Shown here: piece by piece, positions 40,189-50,772 of the stretch
Layout of the letters: every line of letters begins with the position of its first letter
How positions within the stretch are numbered: the stretch's first letter is position 1
Assembly (NCBI GenBank): GCA_963665845.2
Contig: OY762492.1
Span: 3,008,001 to 3,072,000, forward strand
Direction of reading: 5' to 3'
DNA from: Candidatus Poribacteria bacterium
Lineage (GTDB): Bacteria; Poribacteria; WGA-4E; GCA-2687025
Length of the DNA stretch: 64,000 nucleotides
Program-made: the position numbers and the translations under genes
Notes under the pieces: model-generated
The model's database searches: none
What the model was told of the DNA's origin: nothing
What the model saw: only the letters and a program-made list of their open reading frames with translations

Positions 40189-40487
40189 CAAGGTACTACC
40201 TCCAAGCGCAGTACCTACAGGCTATGACATTCATTTTGCGCGACGGCCGATTCATGCCTTAAGATTCCCGCGTACGCGGGAATCTTAAGGCATCGCAGCC
40301 GTCGCGCCATCTTAAACCCCCTAGCCCCTTTTCAAGGGGGAATCGGACGCGGCGGCTTTTCCTCTGGCCATCGCAGTCTTTGCGACGATGTCTCAACTTT
40401 ATCCATGAGATCAGCCGCTCCGTTTCCTGAAACGGAAGCATGCCTTCGACTCGTTTAAACGGCAGGAGCAGCCTCTGGAGGGCGTCT

Positions 40488-41576
40488 GTGGAGAACTTTA
40501 TACGGATTGAGGATCTGACCCGCGCGGAGATGCTCCGCTTTTTTGAGCTTGCCCGCGACATGGAGATCATGCGCGAGATGGGTTCCGACCTGTGCAAAGG
40601 GCGCATCTTGGGCGCCATGTTTTATGAACCCAGCACGCGGACCCGCCTTTCGTTTGAAAGCGCCATGTTCAGATTGGGCGGCAATGTGCTGGGCTTCGCC
40701 GACCCGAATTTCACCTCCTTTGCCAAAAAAGAGACGCTCGCCGACACGATTCATATGCTCTGCAACTACGCGGATGTGCTGGTCATTCGGCATTTCTGGG
40801 CGGGCGCGGCGCGGCTCGCAACGCTGCATTCCACGGCGCCGGTCATCAACGCGGGCGACGACGCGAACCAGCACCCGACGCAGACCTTGACCGACCTGTA
40901 CACGCTCTGGAAGGCGCGGGAAAATCTGTCGGGAATGACGGTCGGGGTGTGCGGCGATCTTCGTTTTGGACGGGCGGCGCATTCGCTGGTGTACGGCTTG
41001 GCGGCGTTCGATGTCAACATCGTTCTGATTGCCCCAGAGGGTCTTGAACTTCCTGAAGAGGAGAGGTGGCGTTTAGATCAGCAGTACGGCGCGAAGGTGT
41101 CGCTCGCGCGCCATCCTGGGCATGTGATTGAAGACCTGGACGCGATCTATGTGAACCGCCTTCAAAAAGAACGGCTGCCGGACGATCTGGACGCCGAGGA
41201 GATACAGCGGATTGCCAGTCAATACCGCATCGACGCGGCGCTGATTGCGCGGGCGAAGCCGACCTGCTTGACGCTGCATCCGCTTCCGCGCGTGGATGAG
41301 CTGGCGCGCGAGCTGGACGACGACCCGCGCGCCGTCTATTTTGAGCAGTCGTCCAACGGCGTTCCGGTGCGCATGGCGCTGCTGGCTCTCGCTCTCGGCA
41401 GGGCGACGCGCAACCCGTTTGAACCCAAAAAGATAGAGGCGCAGACGCATGCCGCCCCTGTTTGCCGATCCAAATCATGCGTCTCGGCGCATGAGCCGGA
41501 CGTTCCCGCGCTAACGGAGACAGTCGGGCTGGCGGCGCCTCGGCGCGTCTGCCACTTCTGCGGCAGATTCGTCTAA
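40488..41576 (+). CDS. pyrB: Aspartate carbamoyltransferase catalytic subunit with a fused C-terminal PyrI-type Zn-binding domain
   Basis: FYEPSTRT, HPTQ, HPLP; tail CRSKSCVSAHEP...CHFC; probable GTG start at 40488 after GGAGG. Confidence 0.9.
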   Translation: MENFIRIEDLTRAEMLRFFELARDMEIMREMGSDLCKGRILGAMFYEPSTRTRLSFESAMFRLGGNVLGFADPNFTSFAKKETLADTIHMLCNYADVLVIRHFWAGAARLATLHSTAPVINAGDDANQHPTQTLTDLYTLWKARENLSGMTVGVCGDLRFGRAAHSLVYGLAAFDVNIVLIAPEGLELPEEERWRLDQQYGAKVSLARHPGHVIEDLDAIYVNRLQKERLPDDLDAEEIQRIASQYRIDAALIARAKPTCLTLHPLPRVDELARELDDDPRAVYFEQSSNGVPVRMALLALALGRATRNPFEPKKIEAQTHAAPVCRSKSCVSAHEPDVPALTETVGLAAPRRVCHFCGRFV

Positions 41577-41579
41577 CGC

Positions 41580-42620
41580 ATGAAAAGAGAACTTTTAGAG
41601 CGCATTTTGACGCGCCTTCCGCGCAAGACGATCGCGGTTGTCGGCGATTTTTTTCTGGACAAGTATCTCATCATCGATCCGTCTTTGGATGAACCGTCCA
41701 TCGAAACGGGCTTGACGGCGCATCAGATTGTCTCAAAGCGGCTCTCTCCCGGCGCCGCCGGAACAATAACCGCCAATTTGAGCGCTCTCGGCGTCGGAAC
41801 CGTTCTCGCTGTCGGAATCATCGGACAGGACGGCGAAGGTTATGAGCTAAAACGCGGGCTGAACGGCATCAACGTCTCAACCGAATATCTGGTGGAAACG
41901 CCGAAGCGCATGACGCCGACTTACACAAAGCCGATGCGCCTATCGGAAGACGGATCGGAAACGGAGATGAACCGCCAGGACATCAAAAACCGCGCGCCGA
42001 CGCCGCCCGAACTGGAGGCGAAACTGATTGAGCGGCTGCGGGGAGCCGTTGCGTCCGCCGACGCGGTCATCGTGATGGATCAGGTCTCGGAGCCGAATTG
42101 CGGCGTTGTTACCGACACGGCGCGCGCCGAGATCGCCGCTCTCGCCCGCGCCTATCCTGAAACGATCTTTCTCGGCGACAGCCGAGAACGGGTCGGGCAA
42201 TACCGCGGCGTCTATATCAAGCCGAACCGGCAGGAGGCGGTCCGCGCCGTGTATCCTGACTGGAGCGGCGGAGAGCCTCCGCTTTCAACGGTGAAGGAGT
42301 GCGCGGAGACGCTCGCGCAGCGAACAGGCAAGCCGCTTTTTGTGACGATGGGCGAAGAGGGGGTCTTGACGTACGACGGCATGCGTTTCCGCGTCAGCCC
42401 GGCGATGCGGTTGACGGGTCCGATCGATATTGTCGGCGCGGGCGACAGCGCGTCGTCGGCGATCGCGTCGGCGCTCTGCTGCGGCGCGTTGATGCATGAA
42501 GCGGCGGCGCTCGGCAACATTGCCGCCTCGATCGTCGTTCAGCAGATCGGAACGACCGGAACCGCCTCGCCGACGCAGATACGAAAACGCTGGGCAGAAT
42601 TTGAAGCCGCCGACCGCTAA
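41580..42620 (+). CDS. PfkB-family sugar kinase (HldE/RfaE kinase-domain-like)
   Basis: VVGDFFLDKY, PGAAG, IKPNRQE, DIVGAGD. Confidence 0.85.
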   Translation: MKRELLERILTRLPRKTIAVVGDFFLDKYLIIDPSLDEPSIETGLTAHQIVSKRLSPGAAGTITANLSALGVGTVLAVGIIGQDGEGYELKRGLNGINVSTEYLVETPKRMTPTYTKPMRLSEDGSETEMNRQDIKNRAPTPPELEAKLIERLRGAVASADAVIVMDQVSEPNCGVVTDTARAEIAALARAYPETIFLGDSRERVGQYRGVYIKPNRQEAVRAVYPDWSGGEPPLSTVKECAETLAQRTGKPLFVTMGEEGVLTYDGMRFRVSPAMRLTGPIDIVGAGDSASSAIASALCCGALMHEAAALGNIAASIVVQQIGTTGTASPTQIRKRWAEFEAADR

Positions 42621-42633
42621 CCGCGTCCAATTC

Positions 42634-42903
42634 TCCCCTTGAAAAGGGGCTAAGGGGTTTCTGGATTCCGACCTTGAAAAGGGGTGTTTCTGGATTCCCC
42701 CCTTCAAAGAGGGGATTTCTGGATTCCCCCCTTCAAAGAGGGTGTTTCTGGATTCCCCCCTTCAAAGAGGGTGTTTCTGGATTCCCCCCTTCAAAGAGGG
42801 GATTTCTGGATTCCCCCCTTGAAAAGGGGGGTTAGGGGGGTTTTAGCCGCGCGGACTGCCTTTCCCCGTGAAAACGGGAGTCATTCCCGCGCAAGCGGGA
42901 ATC
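42634..42903. repeat. Tandem 29-bp repeat (CTGGATTCCCCCCTTCAAAGAGGG-TG/GA-TTT, about six units) plus palindrome modules
   Basis: Direct reading; no unique spacers. Confidence 0.85.
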
Positions 42904-43036
42904 TTAACTTATCAAAACCTATTTATCGATTTCCACGCTATGCGCCGAGAAAAAATAACAGCGCATTAGTTTGTTTTTGTGTAATCGAATCGCGCCCGTT
43001 CGTCGTTTAATAAGCAAACGGGCGAAGGAGAACGCG

Positions 43037-43276
43037 ATGGATACGCTGCGGAAAGAAACCTGGGAACGGTACGGAATGATGGCGCAGGCGGTGATGGCGG
43101 CGGCATGCCGAGACGCGTTGCCGGGTTCATCCGCCCCGGCGGAGATGCGGGAGGACGCGCGCGCGTTTTTGCATTCTGACGAGGCGCAGATATGGGCAAA
43201 AGGCGCCCGCCTTGACCTAAGGCGCATCCGCGAGCTGATGGCGGAAAAAGAGAGAGAAGCGAACGAACTGAACTGA
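43037..43276 (+). CDS. Small hypothetical protein (79 aa)
   Basis: RBS AAGGAG before ATG 43037; helical, protein-like composition. Confidence 0.6.
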   Translation: MDTLRKETWERYGMMAQAVMAAACRDALPGSSAPAEMREDARAFLHSDEAQIWAKGARLDLRRIRELMAEKEREANELN

Positions 43277-43327
43277 TCTGGAGCGGGAGGCTGTGCCGCG
43301 TACAGCCGCCGGGCGTTTCTTAAAAAC

Positions 43328-43702
43328 CTAACGCCGGCGATCCCGCTCCACCGGCTCCACATCCATCAGCCCCAGCTCAAACTTCGCCTCGTCCGACATC
43401 CGCTCCATCGTCCACGGCGGATCCCAGACCACGTTCACCTCCGCCTCCGTCACGCCCGGCGCCGAGGCGACCTTGTCCTTCACCGCCAGCGGAAGCGACT
43501 GCGCGACGGGGCATGCGGGGCTTGTCAGCGTCATGTTCACCGTCGCCGCGCCCGCCTCGTCCACTTCAATCTCGTAGATGAGACCCATGTCGTAGATGTT
43601 GACAGGTATCTCTGGGTCGTACACCGTCTTGAGCGCCTCAACGATCTCCTCTGCGATCTGCTCGGCGCCGACAAGGTCGGTCAGCTGCGCTTTTTTTCCC
43701 AT
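43328..43702 (-). CDS. sufT: DUF59 / SufT Fe-S assembly protein
   Basis: DPEIPVNIYDMGL, MTLTSPACP, VWDPPW. Confidence 0.88.
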   Translation of the reverse strand: MGKKAQLTDLVGAEQIAEEIVEALKTVYDPEIPVNIYDMGLIYEIEVDEAGAATVNMTLTSPACPVAQSLPLAVKDKVASAPGVTEAEVNVVWDPPWTMERMSDEAKFELGLMDVEPVERDRRR

Positions 43703-43727
43703 GTCCGTCTCTTTCGTTTATCTCTGG

Positions 43728-44180
43728 TCATTCCGTCGTGACGGTCGCCGTCTCTTGATTGAGCGCCGCTTTGAAGGTGTGCCATGCCAGCGTCGCGCAT
43801 TTGACGCGCATCGGGTAGGCGCGGACGCCCGCAAACACAGCCAGCTTGCCCATCGACTCGACCGCGTCCATCGCGTCCTGCCGCGTCGTTACCAGCTCCT
43901 GAAAACCGGCGAACAGCGCTTCCGCTTCCGCAAGCGTCTTGCCAATCAGCGCCTCGGTCATGAGCGACGCGGAGGCGGTCGAGATGGCGCACCCGGACCC
44001 TTCGAACTGCGCGCCGCGTATGATGTCGCCGTCCAGCGCCACATAAACCCGCACCTTGTCGCCGCAGAGCGGGTTGTGTCCGTCCGCTTCTCCGTCCGCG
44101 TTTTCTAGGGCGCCGTAGTTGCGCGGGTTGCGGTTATGGTCGAGTATCACCTGCTGATACAGCTCGTTTAAATCGGACAT
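43728..44180 (-). CDS. sufU: SUF system sulfur-transfer protein
   Basis: LYQQVILDH, NPLCGD, GCAISTASAS, RVKCATL. Confidence 0.92.
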   Translation of the reverse strand: MSDLNELYQQVILDHNRNPRNYGALENADGEADGHNPLCGDKVRVYVALDGDIIRGAQFEGSGCAISTASASLMTEALIGKTLAEAEALFAGFQELVTTRQDAMDAVESMGKLAVFAGVRAYPMRVKCATLAWHTFKAALNQETATVTTE

Positions 44181-44193
44181 GCGCGTTTATACC

Positions 44194-45438
44194 CTAACCT
44201 AAGATTTCAGTCACCTTGTTGAGGCTGCGCGCCAGCGCGTCAATATCGTCCGTCGTGTTGTAAAGGCCGATGGAGGCGCGCGCTGTCGCCGGGACGCCGA
44301 GGCGGTCCATCGCCGGCTGCGCGCAGTGATGCCCCGTGCGGATGGCGACCCCGTCGCTGTCCAGTATGGTGCCGATGTCATGCGGATGCGCGCTGTCCAT
44401 CACAAACGAGACGACGCCCGCCTTTTCCGCCGCCGTCCCGACGAGCTGAACCCGCCGGTTGAACGACAGCGTCTCATGGGCGTACTCCAACAGCCGCTTC
44501 TCATGCGCGGCGATGCGCTCCACGCCGATCGACATAACATAATCCAGCGCCGCTTCCAGCGCCGCCGCCCCGGCGATGTTCGGCGTCCCCGCTTCAAACT
44601 TATGCGGCGGGTCGTTGTAGGTCGTCTTTTCAAACGAGACGGAGAGGATCATCTCTCCCCCGCCCTCGTACGGCTCCATCGACTCCAGATGCGCCTGCTT
44701 GCCGTAAAGAATTCCGATGCCGGTCGGTCCGTAGATCTTATGTCCAGAAAAGGCGTAAAAGTCGGCGTTCAGTTCTTGGACATCCACCTGTATATGCTGA
44801 ACCGCCTGCGCCCCGTCCACCATAAAAACGGCGCCGTATTCATGCGCCATCCGCCCGATTTCATGAACAGGGTTCACCGTCCCCAGCGCGTTCGAGACAT
44901 GAACGACGGAGACGATGCGCGTTTTTTCGTTTAAAAGCGGTTCATACTCCTCCATGATCAGCTCGCCGCGGTCGTTCATCGGTATGACGCGCAGGCGCGC
45001 CCCAGTCGCTTGGCATACCAGCTGCCACGGGACGATGTTGGAGTGATGCTCCATCGCGGTAACGACGATTTCGTCGCCCGGTTGGAGGCGCGGGCGCGCG
45101 TAGGCGTTCGCCACAAGGTTGACCGCTTCGGTCGTTCCGCGGACGAAGACGCATTCGCTGGCGCGTTCAGCGTTTAAAAACTGGCGCGCTTTTTCCCGCC
45201 CCGATTCGTACGCTTCCGTCGCGCGCTGGGCGAGAAGATGCACCGCCCGATGAATGTTCGCGTTGGAAGTGGCGTAATAGTTTTGAACTGCGTCCAGAAC
45301 CGCCTGCGGCTTTTGAGTGGTGGCGGCGTTGTCCAGGTAGGCGAGCGGCTTTCCGCGTATGCGCTGTTGAAGCGCCGGAAAATCGCCGCGTATCTTGTCG
45401 ATGTTGTAGCCGGGCGGCGTTGCGGGGGCGGCGCGCAT
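44194..45438 (-). CDS. sufS: Cysteine desulfurase
   Basis: YLDNAATTQKP, FSGHK, RTGHHCAQP. Confidence 0.95.
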   Translation of the reverse strand: MRAAPATPPGYNIDKIRGDFPALQQRIRGKPLAYLDNAATTQKPQAVLDAVQNYYATSNANIHRAVHLLAQRATEAYESGREKARQFLNAERASECVFVRGTTEAVNLVANAYARPRLQPGDEIVVTAMEHHSNIVPWQLVCQATGARLRVIPMNDRGELIMEEYEPLLNEKTRIVSVVHVSNALGTVNPVHEIGRMAHEYGAVFMVDGAQAVQHIQVDVQELNADFYAFSGHKIYGPTGIGILYGKQAHLESMEPYEGGGEMILSVSFEKTTYNDPPHKFEAGTPNIAGAAALEAALDYVMSIGVERIAAHEKRLLEYAHETLSFNRRVQLVGTAAEKAGVVSFVMDSAHPHDIGTILDSDGVAIRTGHHCAQPAMDRLGVPATARASIGLYNTTDDIDALARSLNKVTEILG

Positions 45439-46730
45439 CAGAACGCCTCCCGCGCCGCGGCGCCTTCAGGCAGCCAGGCAAACAATTCATCTTGAAGCTT
45501 GGAACGCAGCGGTTCAGGTTTCACCTGATCAATCACCTCGCTGGCGAAAGCGTAAATGAGCAAACTGCGCGCCGCCGGTCCGCCGATGCAGCGCGACTGC
45601 AGATAAAACAGCGCCTCCTCGTCCAGCTCCCCGACGGTCGCCCCGTGGCTGCATTTGACCTGGTCGGCGTAGATTTCCAATTGCGGCTTCGTGTTGACGC
45701 GCGCCTTTTTTGTCAGCAGCAGGTTCTCGTTTTGCTGATACGAGTCGGTGTCTTGGGCGTCCTGCTTGACCAGTATGCGCCCATGGAAAACGGCGCGCGA
45801 GGCGTCGTCCAAAACGCCTTTATACACCTCGCGGCTGTTGCAGTTCTCGCGCGCATGAACAAGCGTCGTGAAATGGTCCACATGCTGATTTCCGGTCGCC
45901 AGATAAAACGCATGGAGCGTCGCCGAGGCGCCGGGTCCATCCAAGGTCGCCGTCAGATTGTTTCGAAGAAGCCCTGCGCCGAGCGTGATCGTGTGCGTCG
46001 CAAAGGAGCTGTCGCGCTCTTGGCGCGAGCGGGTTGAGCCGATATGGAACGCCCCTTCCGCTTCCGCCTGCAGTTTGTAATGGTCGACAACCGCGCCGCG
46101 CTGACAGACGATTTCGGTTACAGGGTTGGTGAAATACGGCGCGCCGTTTGAGCCGTCCAAGCAGAGATGCGACTCGATGACGGTCAGCTGGCTGCTTTCT
46201 CCCGCGGCGATGAGCGTCCGCGGGTGGCAAGCGGCGGGTTCGTCCGCCGGCGTTGTGAGATAAACCAGATGCAGGGGCGTTTCAACCGCCTTTCCAGGGG
46301 CGGCGCGTACGACAACGCCTTCGCTTGCGAGCGCCGCGTTCAGCGCGTCGAAGATGTCGCTTTTCGATTCGTCCGCCGATCCAAGCTCCGCGTCCTCATT
46401 CAGCGGCGCCGTTGAGACGCCGTCCGCCTCCTCCGCGTTCGACAGGTTAGGGGCGTAACGCCCGTTCACAAACACGGCGCGCGGAAAGCCGAGGTCCGCG
46501 AATTCAACTGCGTTCAGCTCATCCAGCGAAAGGCGCGCCTCCGGGGCGGGTTCAAACGGGATTTGAAGAAAATTGCGCAGGTTGGTGAACCGCCACTCCT
46601 CCGTCTTCGTCGTTGGGAACTGCATGCCGCGGAAGGCGTCCAGCGCGCTTTTCCTGCGGACAGAGAGGCTTGAACCGTTTTGAACGCCGTTCAAGAAACG
46701 TTGTTTCTGATCAGCCGCCATGGGCATCAT
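45438..46730 (-). CDS. sufD: Fe-S cluster assembly protein SufD
   Basis: EEWRFT, KPQLEIYADQVKCSHGATVG, FYLQSR (start may be 46721). Confidence 0.92.
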   Translation of the reverse strand: MMPMAADQKQRFLNGVQNGSSLSVRRKSALDAFRGMQFPTTKTEEWRFTNLRNFLQIPFEPAPEARLSLDELNAVEFADLGFPRAVFVNGRYAPNLSNAEEADGVSTAPLNEDAELGSADESKSDIFDALNAALASEGVVVRAAPGKAVETPLHLVYLTTPADEPAACHPRTLIAAGESSQLTVIESHLCLDGSNGAPYFTNPVTEIVCQRGAVVDHYKLQAEAEGAFHIGSTRSRQERDSSFATHTITLGAGLLRNNLTATLDGPGASATLHAFYLATGNQHVDHFTTLVHARENCNSREVYKGVLDDASRAVFHGRILVKQDAQDTDSYQQNENLLLTKKARVNTKPQLEIYADQVKCSHGATVGELDEEALFYLQSRCIGGPAARSLLIYAFASEVIDQVKPEPLRSKLQDELFAWLPEGAAAREAF

Positions 46731-47472
46731 CCCGCTCGGTTAGCCAGCTGTACCCTTTTTCTTCCAGCTCTTCCGCCAGCTCCTTGCCGCCGGAGCGGAC
46801 GATCTTGCCGTCGTTCAGCACATGAACATAATCCGGCACAATGTAGTTCAAAAGCCGCTGGTAGTGGGTGATGACGATAAAACCTCTGCCGTTCCCGCGC
46901 AGGCTGTTGATGCCGTCGGCGACCACCTTGAGCGCGTCAATGTCCAGCCCCGAATCGGTCTCGTCCATGATCGCAAGGCGCGGGTCCAACATCGCCATCT
47001 GAAAAATTTCGTTCCGCTTCTTTTCGCCGCCGGAGAAGCCGTCGTTCACAGGGCGGTTCAAAAGAGCCGTGTCGATGTTCAGCGCCTTCGATTTGTCCTT
47101 CACCAGCTGCATGAACTCAAAAGCGTCGATCTCTTGATCGCCGTTGTATTTCCGCTTCGCGTTGATGGCGGCTTTTAAAAAGTAGGTGTTGCTGACGCCG
47201 GGGATGGAGACAGGGTATTGAAACGCCAGAAAAACGCCTTCGCATGCGCGTTCTTCAGGCGCCATCTCCAGCAGGTCTTGCCCAAGATACTGGACGCTGC
47301 CGGCGGTCGCCTCATACTCCTCCTTGCCGGCAAGCACATGCGCGAGAGTGCTTTTGCCCGAACCGTTCGGACCCATGATGGAATGGACCTCGCCGGCGTT
47401 CACCGCGAGCGACAATCCTTTCAGGATCGGCGCCCCGTCCACGCCCGCCCAGAGCTCTTTGATTTCAAGCAT
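46711..47472 (-). CDS. sufC: Fe-S cluster assembly ATPase
   Basis: GPNGSGKST, FSGGEKKR, DETDSGLD. Confidence 0.95.
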   Translation of the reverse strand: MLEIKELWAGVDGAPILKGLSLAVNAGEVHSIMGPNGSGKSTLAHVLAGKEEYEATAGSVQYLGQDLLEMAPEERACEGVFLAFQYPVSIPGVSNTYFLKAAINAKRKYNGDQEIDAFEFMQLVKDKSKALNIDTALLNRPVNDGFSGGEKKRNEIFQMAMLDPRLAIMDETDSGLDIDALKVVADGINSLRGNGRGFIVITHYQRLLNYIVPDYVHVLNDGKIVRSGGKELAEELEEKGYSWLTERDDAHGG

Positions 47473-47496
47473 CGCGGTCTATATCTCCCGTCTGGT

Positions 47497-48948
<1,452 letters not shown>

Positions 48949-48996
48949 GAACAACCCTTTCTGTTTGCCGCTGCGCGCTCTTGCCTGTTGATTCAT

Positions 48997-49025
48997 AGTT
49001 TAACGCGCGCTGGAGCGTTTGTCAA
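48997..49025 (-). promoter_or_regulatory. sigma70-type promoter of the suf operon
   Basis: Minus strand TTGACA-17bp-TAAACT. Confidence 0.75.
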
Positions 49026-49320
49026 ATCCCTCTGCGCTGAGACAGTACGCTCATGCGATGAACTTCATTTTTTGACCGTAAAGCGTCGGCGCCGCCTGAC
49101 GTCATTCCCGCGTAAGCGGGAATCTTAAGGCATCGCAGCCACTCGCGCCTTAAACCCCCCTAGCCCCCCTTTTCAAGGGGGGAATCGGACGCGGCGGCGC
49201 GAATATCCCCGTATGAGCGCTCTAACTTTCAGCGCGGCATGCCCTAACCTAAACGCGAACGCCGCAATCACAATTGCGCAAACGGCGCGCAGATGCCATC
49301 ATGCAGGGGGAGGTATGCAT

Positions 49321-50763
49321 ATGAGAGCCGCGCATTTAGCCGTTCCGCTGGCGCTGTTGACGATGTTGACCGGCTGTTTCATGTTCCGTTCATGGGAGGT
49401 GGATGAAGCCGCCGTTGAAGATTCTGCGTCCGCCGTTCAGAGCGTCGAGAGGCGTTTGAGAGGCGCCCGCCTGCTGTCCGAGCGTTTTGAGGCGGAGCCT
49501 GACATGTCAAGATGGCCGCCCGAGCGGGTCGAAGCGCATGAAAAGGCGCGGGCGTCCGTAGAGGCGTATGCGGCGGCGGAACAGGAGCTGTTGACCATTG
49601 AAACGGCGCTGCTGTCCGCCCTACAGGACAAGTCGGTGTCGTTTGAAAAGAGAGGCGCGGCGCTTGAAACGGCGCGTCAAGCCGAGATGAACGCCTACAG
49701 CGCCCTCGGAAGCGCCGTCCAAGCGTTGTCGGAATGGACGCCTCCGCCCTTGCCGGCGGGACGGAAAACCGAGTCGGTTGGGCGCGCCGCCTATCTAGAG
49801 GCGTTCGACCGCCTGCGCGCCGCCGAGAGAGAGCTGGAGCAAGGAAGCGGGGCGGAAGAAGCGCTGCGCGCCGCCGTTCAGGAAGCGCGCGAAGCGTTCT
49901 GGACGGTGAAGGATCGGGCGGGCGTTCTCGTTTGGGGATGGGAGCCGCCCGCCGCGTCGGAACCTGCCGATTACATTGGTTCGCCGCTGGAGCGCGCCGA
50001 ACGGGAGATGGAGCGCGCCCTGCGCGAAACGCAGAAATACGCCGTCTACAAATGGGAAAGTCCGCATCGAGACCGGTCGCTGCGCCGGCGCGGTTGGCAT
50101 CATCCCGAACGCAGATGGGACGCCGAGCGGATCGCGCTGCATAAGGCGGTGGCGCAGGCGGCTTTGCGCTGGGGTTTGGCGGCGCGCGGCTGGCGCGATA
50201 CGCTCATCGCGGGAGCGTCCAACAAAGAGGCGGCGGAAGCGGAAGAGCGGACGGACGCCATGCGCAGCCAATGGGACGCGGCGAGGCAGTCGCCCAAGTT
50301 TTTAAGAGCGCGGCTCGGCTGGGAACGGCGCGAGGAGATCCGCTGCGCAAACGAGGTTCTGGAGAACGCCTACAGGTCGGTCGATGCGCATACGATCTCA
50401 ACAAACATGTTGCTCTGGGACGCCGACAAGATGGAGCAGCTGGAGTTGCCGCCTGAAGAAAAGCGGGCGGAGTTTCGCGCCGACATGGAGAAGCTGGCGT
50501 ACTATCTGCACCATCTGTGCGCGGCGAAGGTTTGGCGCTCCACCTTGACCGACATCAACGCCGATGAAGACGCCAAGCGCGTCGCCCAAAGCGAAGCGAC
50601 CCTCTCTAGATTCATGGACGGCCCTTTCGAGGACAAGTTCAGGGGGCATATGGAGTTGTACGGGTTCAAGGACGACCGCGTCAACTGGGATCAACCAATG
50701 GAGCCGCTCATGGCGCCAATTCAACCGAAAAAGGGAGACGCTCCCGCTTCGGCGGGGCGGTAG
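49321..50763 (+). CDS. Hypothetical alpha-helical lipoprotein
   Basis: RBS GGAGGT; lipobox LTGC; Ala/Glu/Arg-rich helices. Confidence 0.65.
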   Translation: MRAAHLAVPLALLTMLTGCFMFRSWEVDEAAVEDSASAVQSVERRLRGARLLSERFEAEPDMSRWPPERVEAHEKARASVEAYAAAEQELLTIETALLSALQDKSVSFEKRGAALETARQAEMNAYSALGSAVQALSEWTPPPLPAGRKTESVGRAAYLEAFDRLRAAERELEQGSGAEEALRAAVQEAREAFWTVKDRAGVLVWGWEPPAASEPADYIGSPLERAEREMERALRETQKYAVYKWESPHRDRSLRRRGWHHPERRWDAERIALHKAVAQAALRWGLAARGWRDTLIAGASNKEAAEAEERTDAMRSQWDAARQSPKFLRARLGWERREEIRCANEVLENAYRSVDAHTISTNMLLWDADKMEQLELPPEEKRAEFRADMEKLAYYLHHLCAAKVWRSTLTDINADEDAKRVAQSEATLSRFMDGPFEDKFRGHMELYGFKDDRVNWDQPMEPLMAPIQPKKGDAPASAGR

Positions 50764-50772
50764 ACAAACTGA

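Noticed and set aside
40370-40487. PyrR-type attenuator or riboswitch before pyrB
   Set aside because: Only a short hairpin (CCGTTTCCTGAAACGG); no recognisable PyrR loop or U-tract terminator
42655-42845. Possible CRISPR array
   Set aside because: Contiguous tandem units with no unique spacers and no cas genes
48949-48996. Longer sufB start at 48996
   Set aside because: The ATG directly abuts the -10 box, so it would lie upstream of the transcription start
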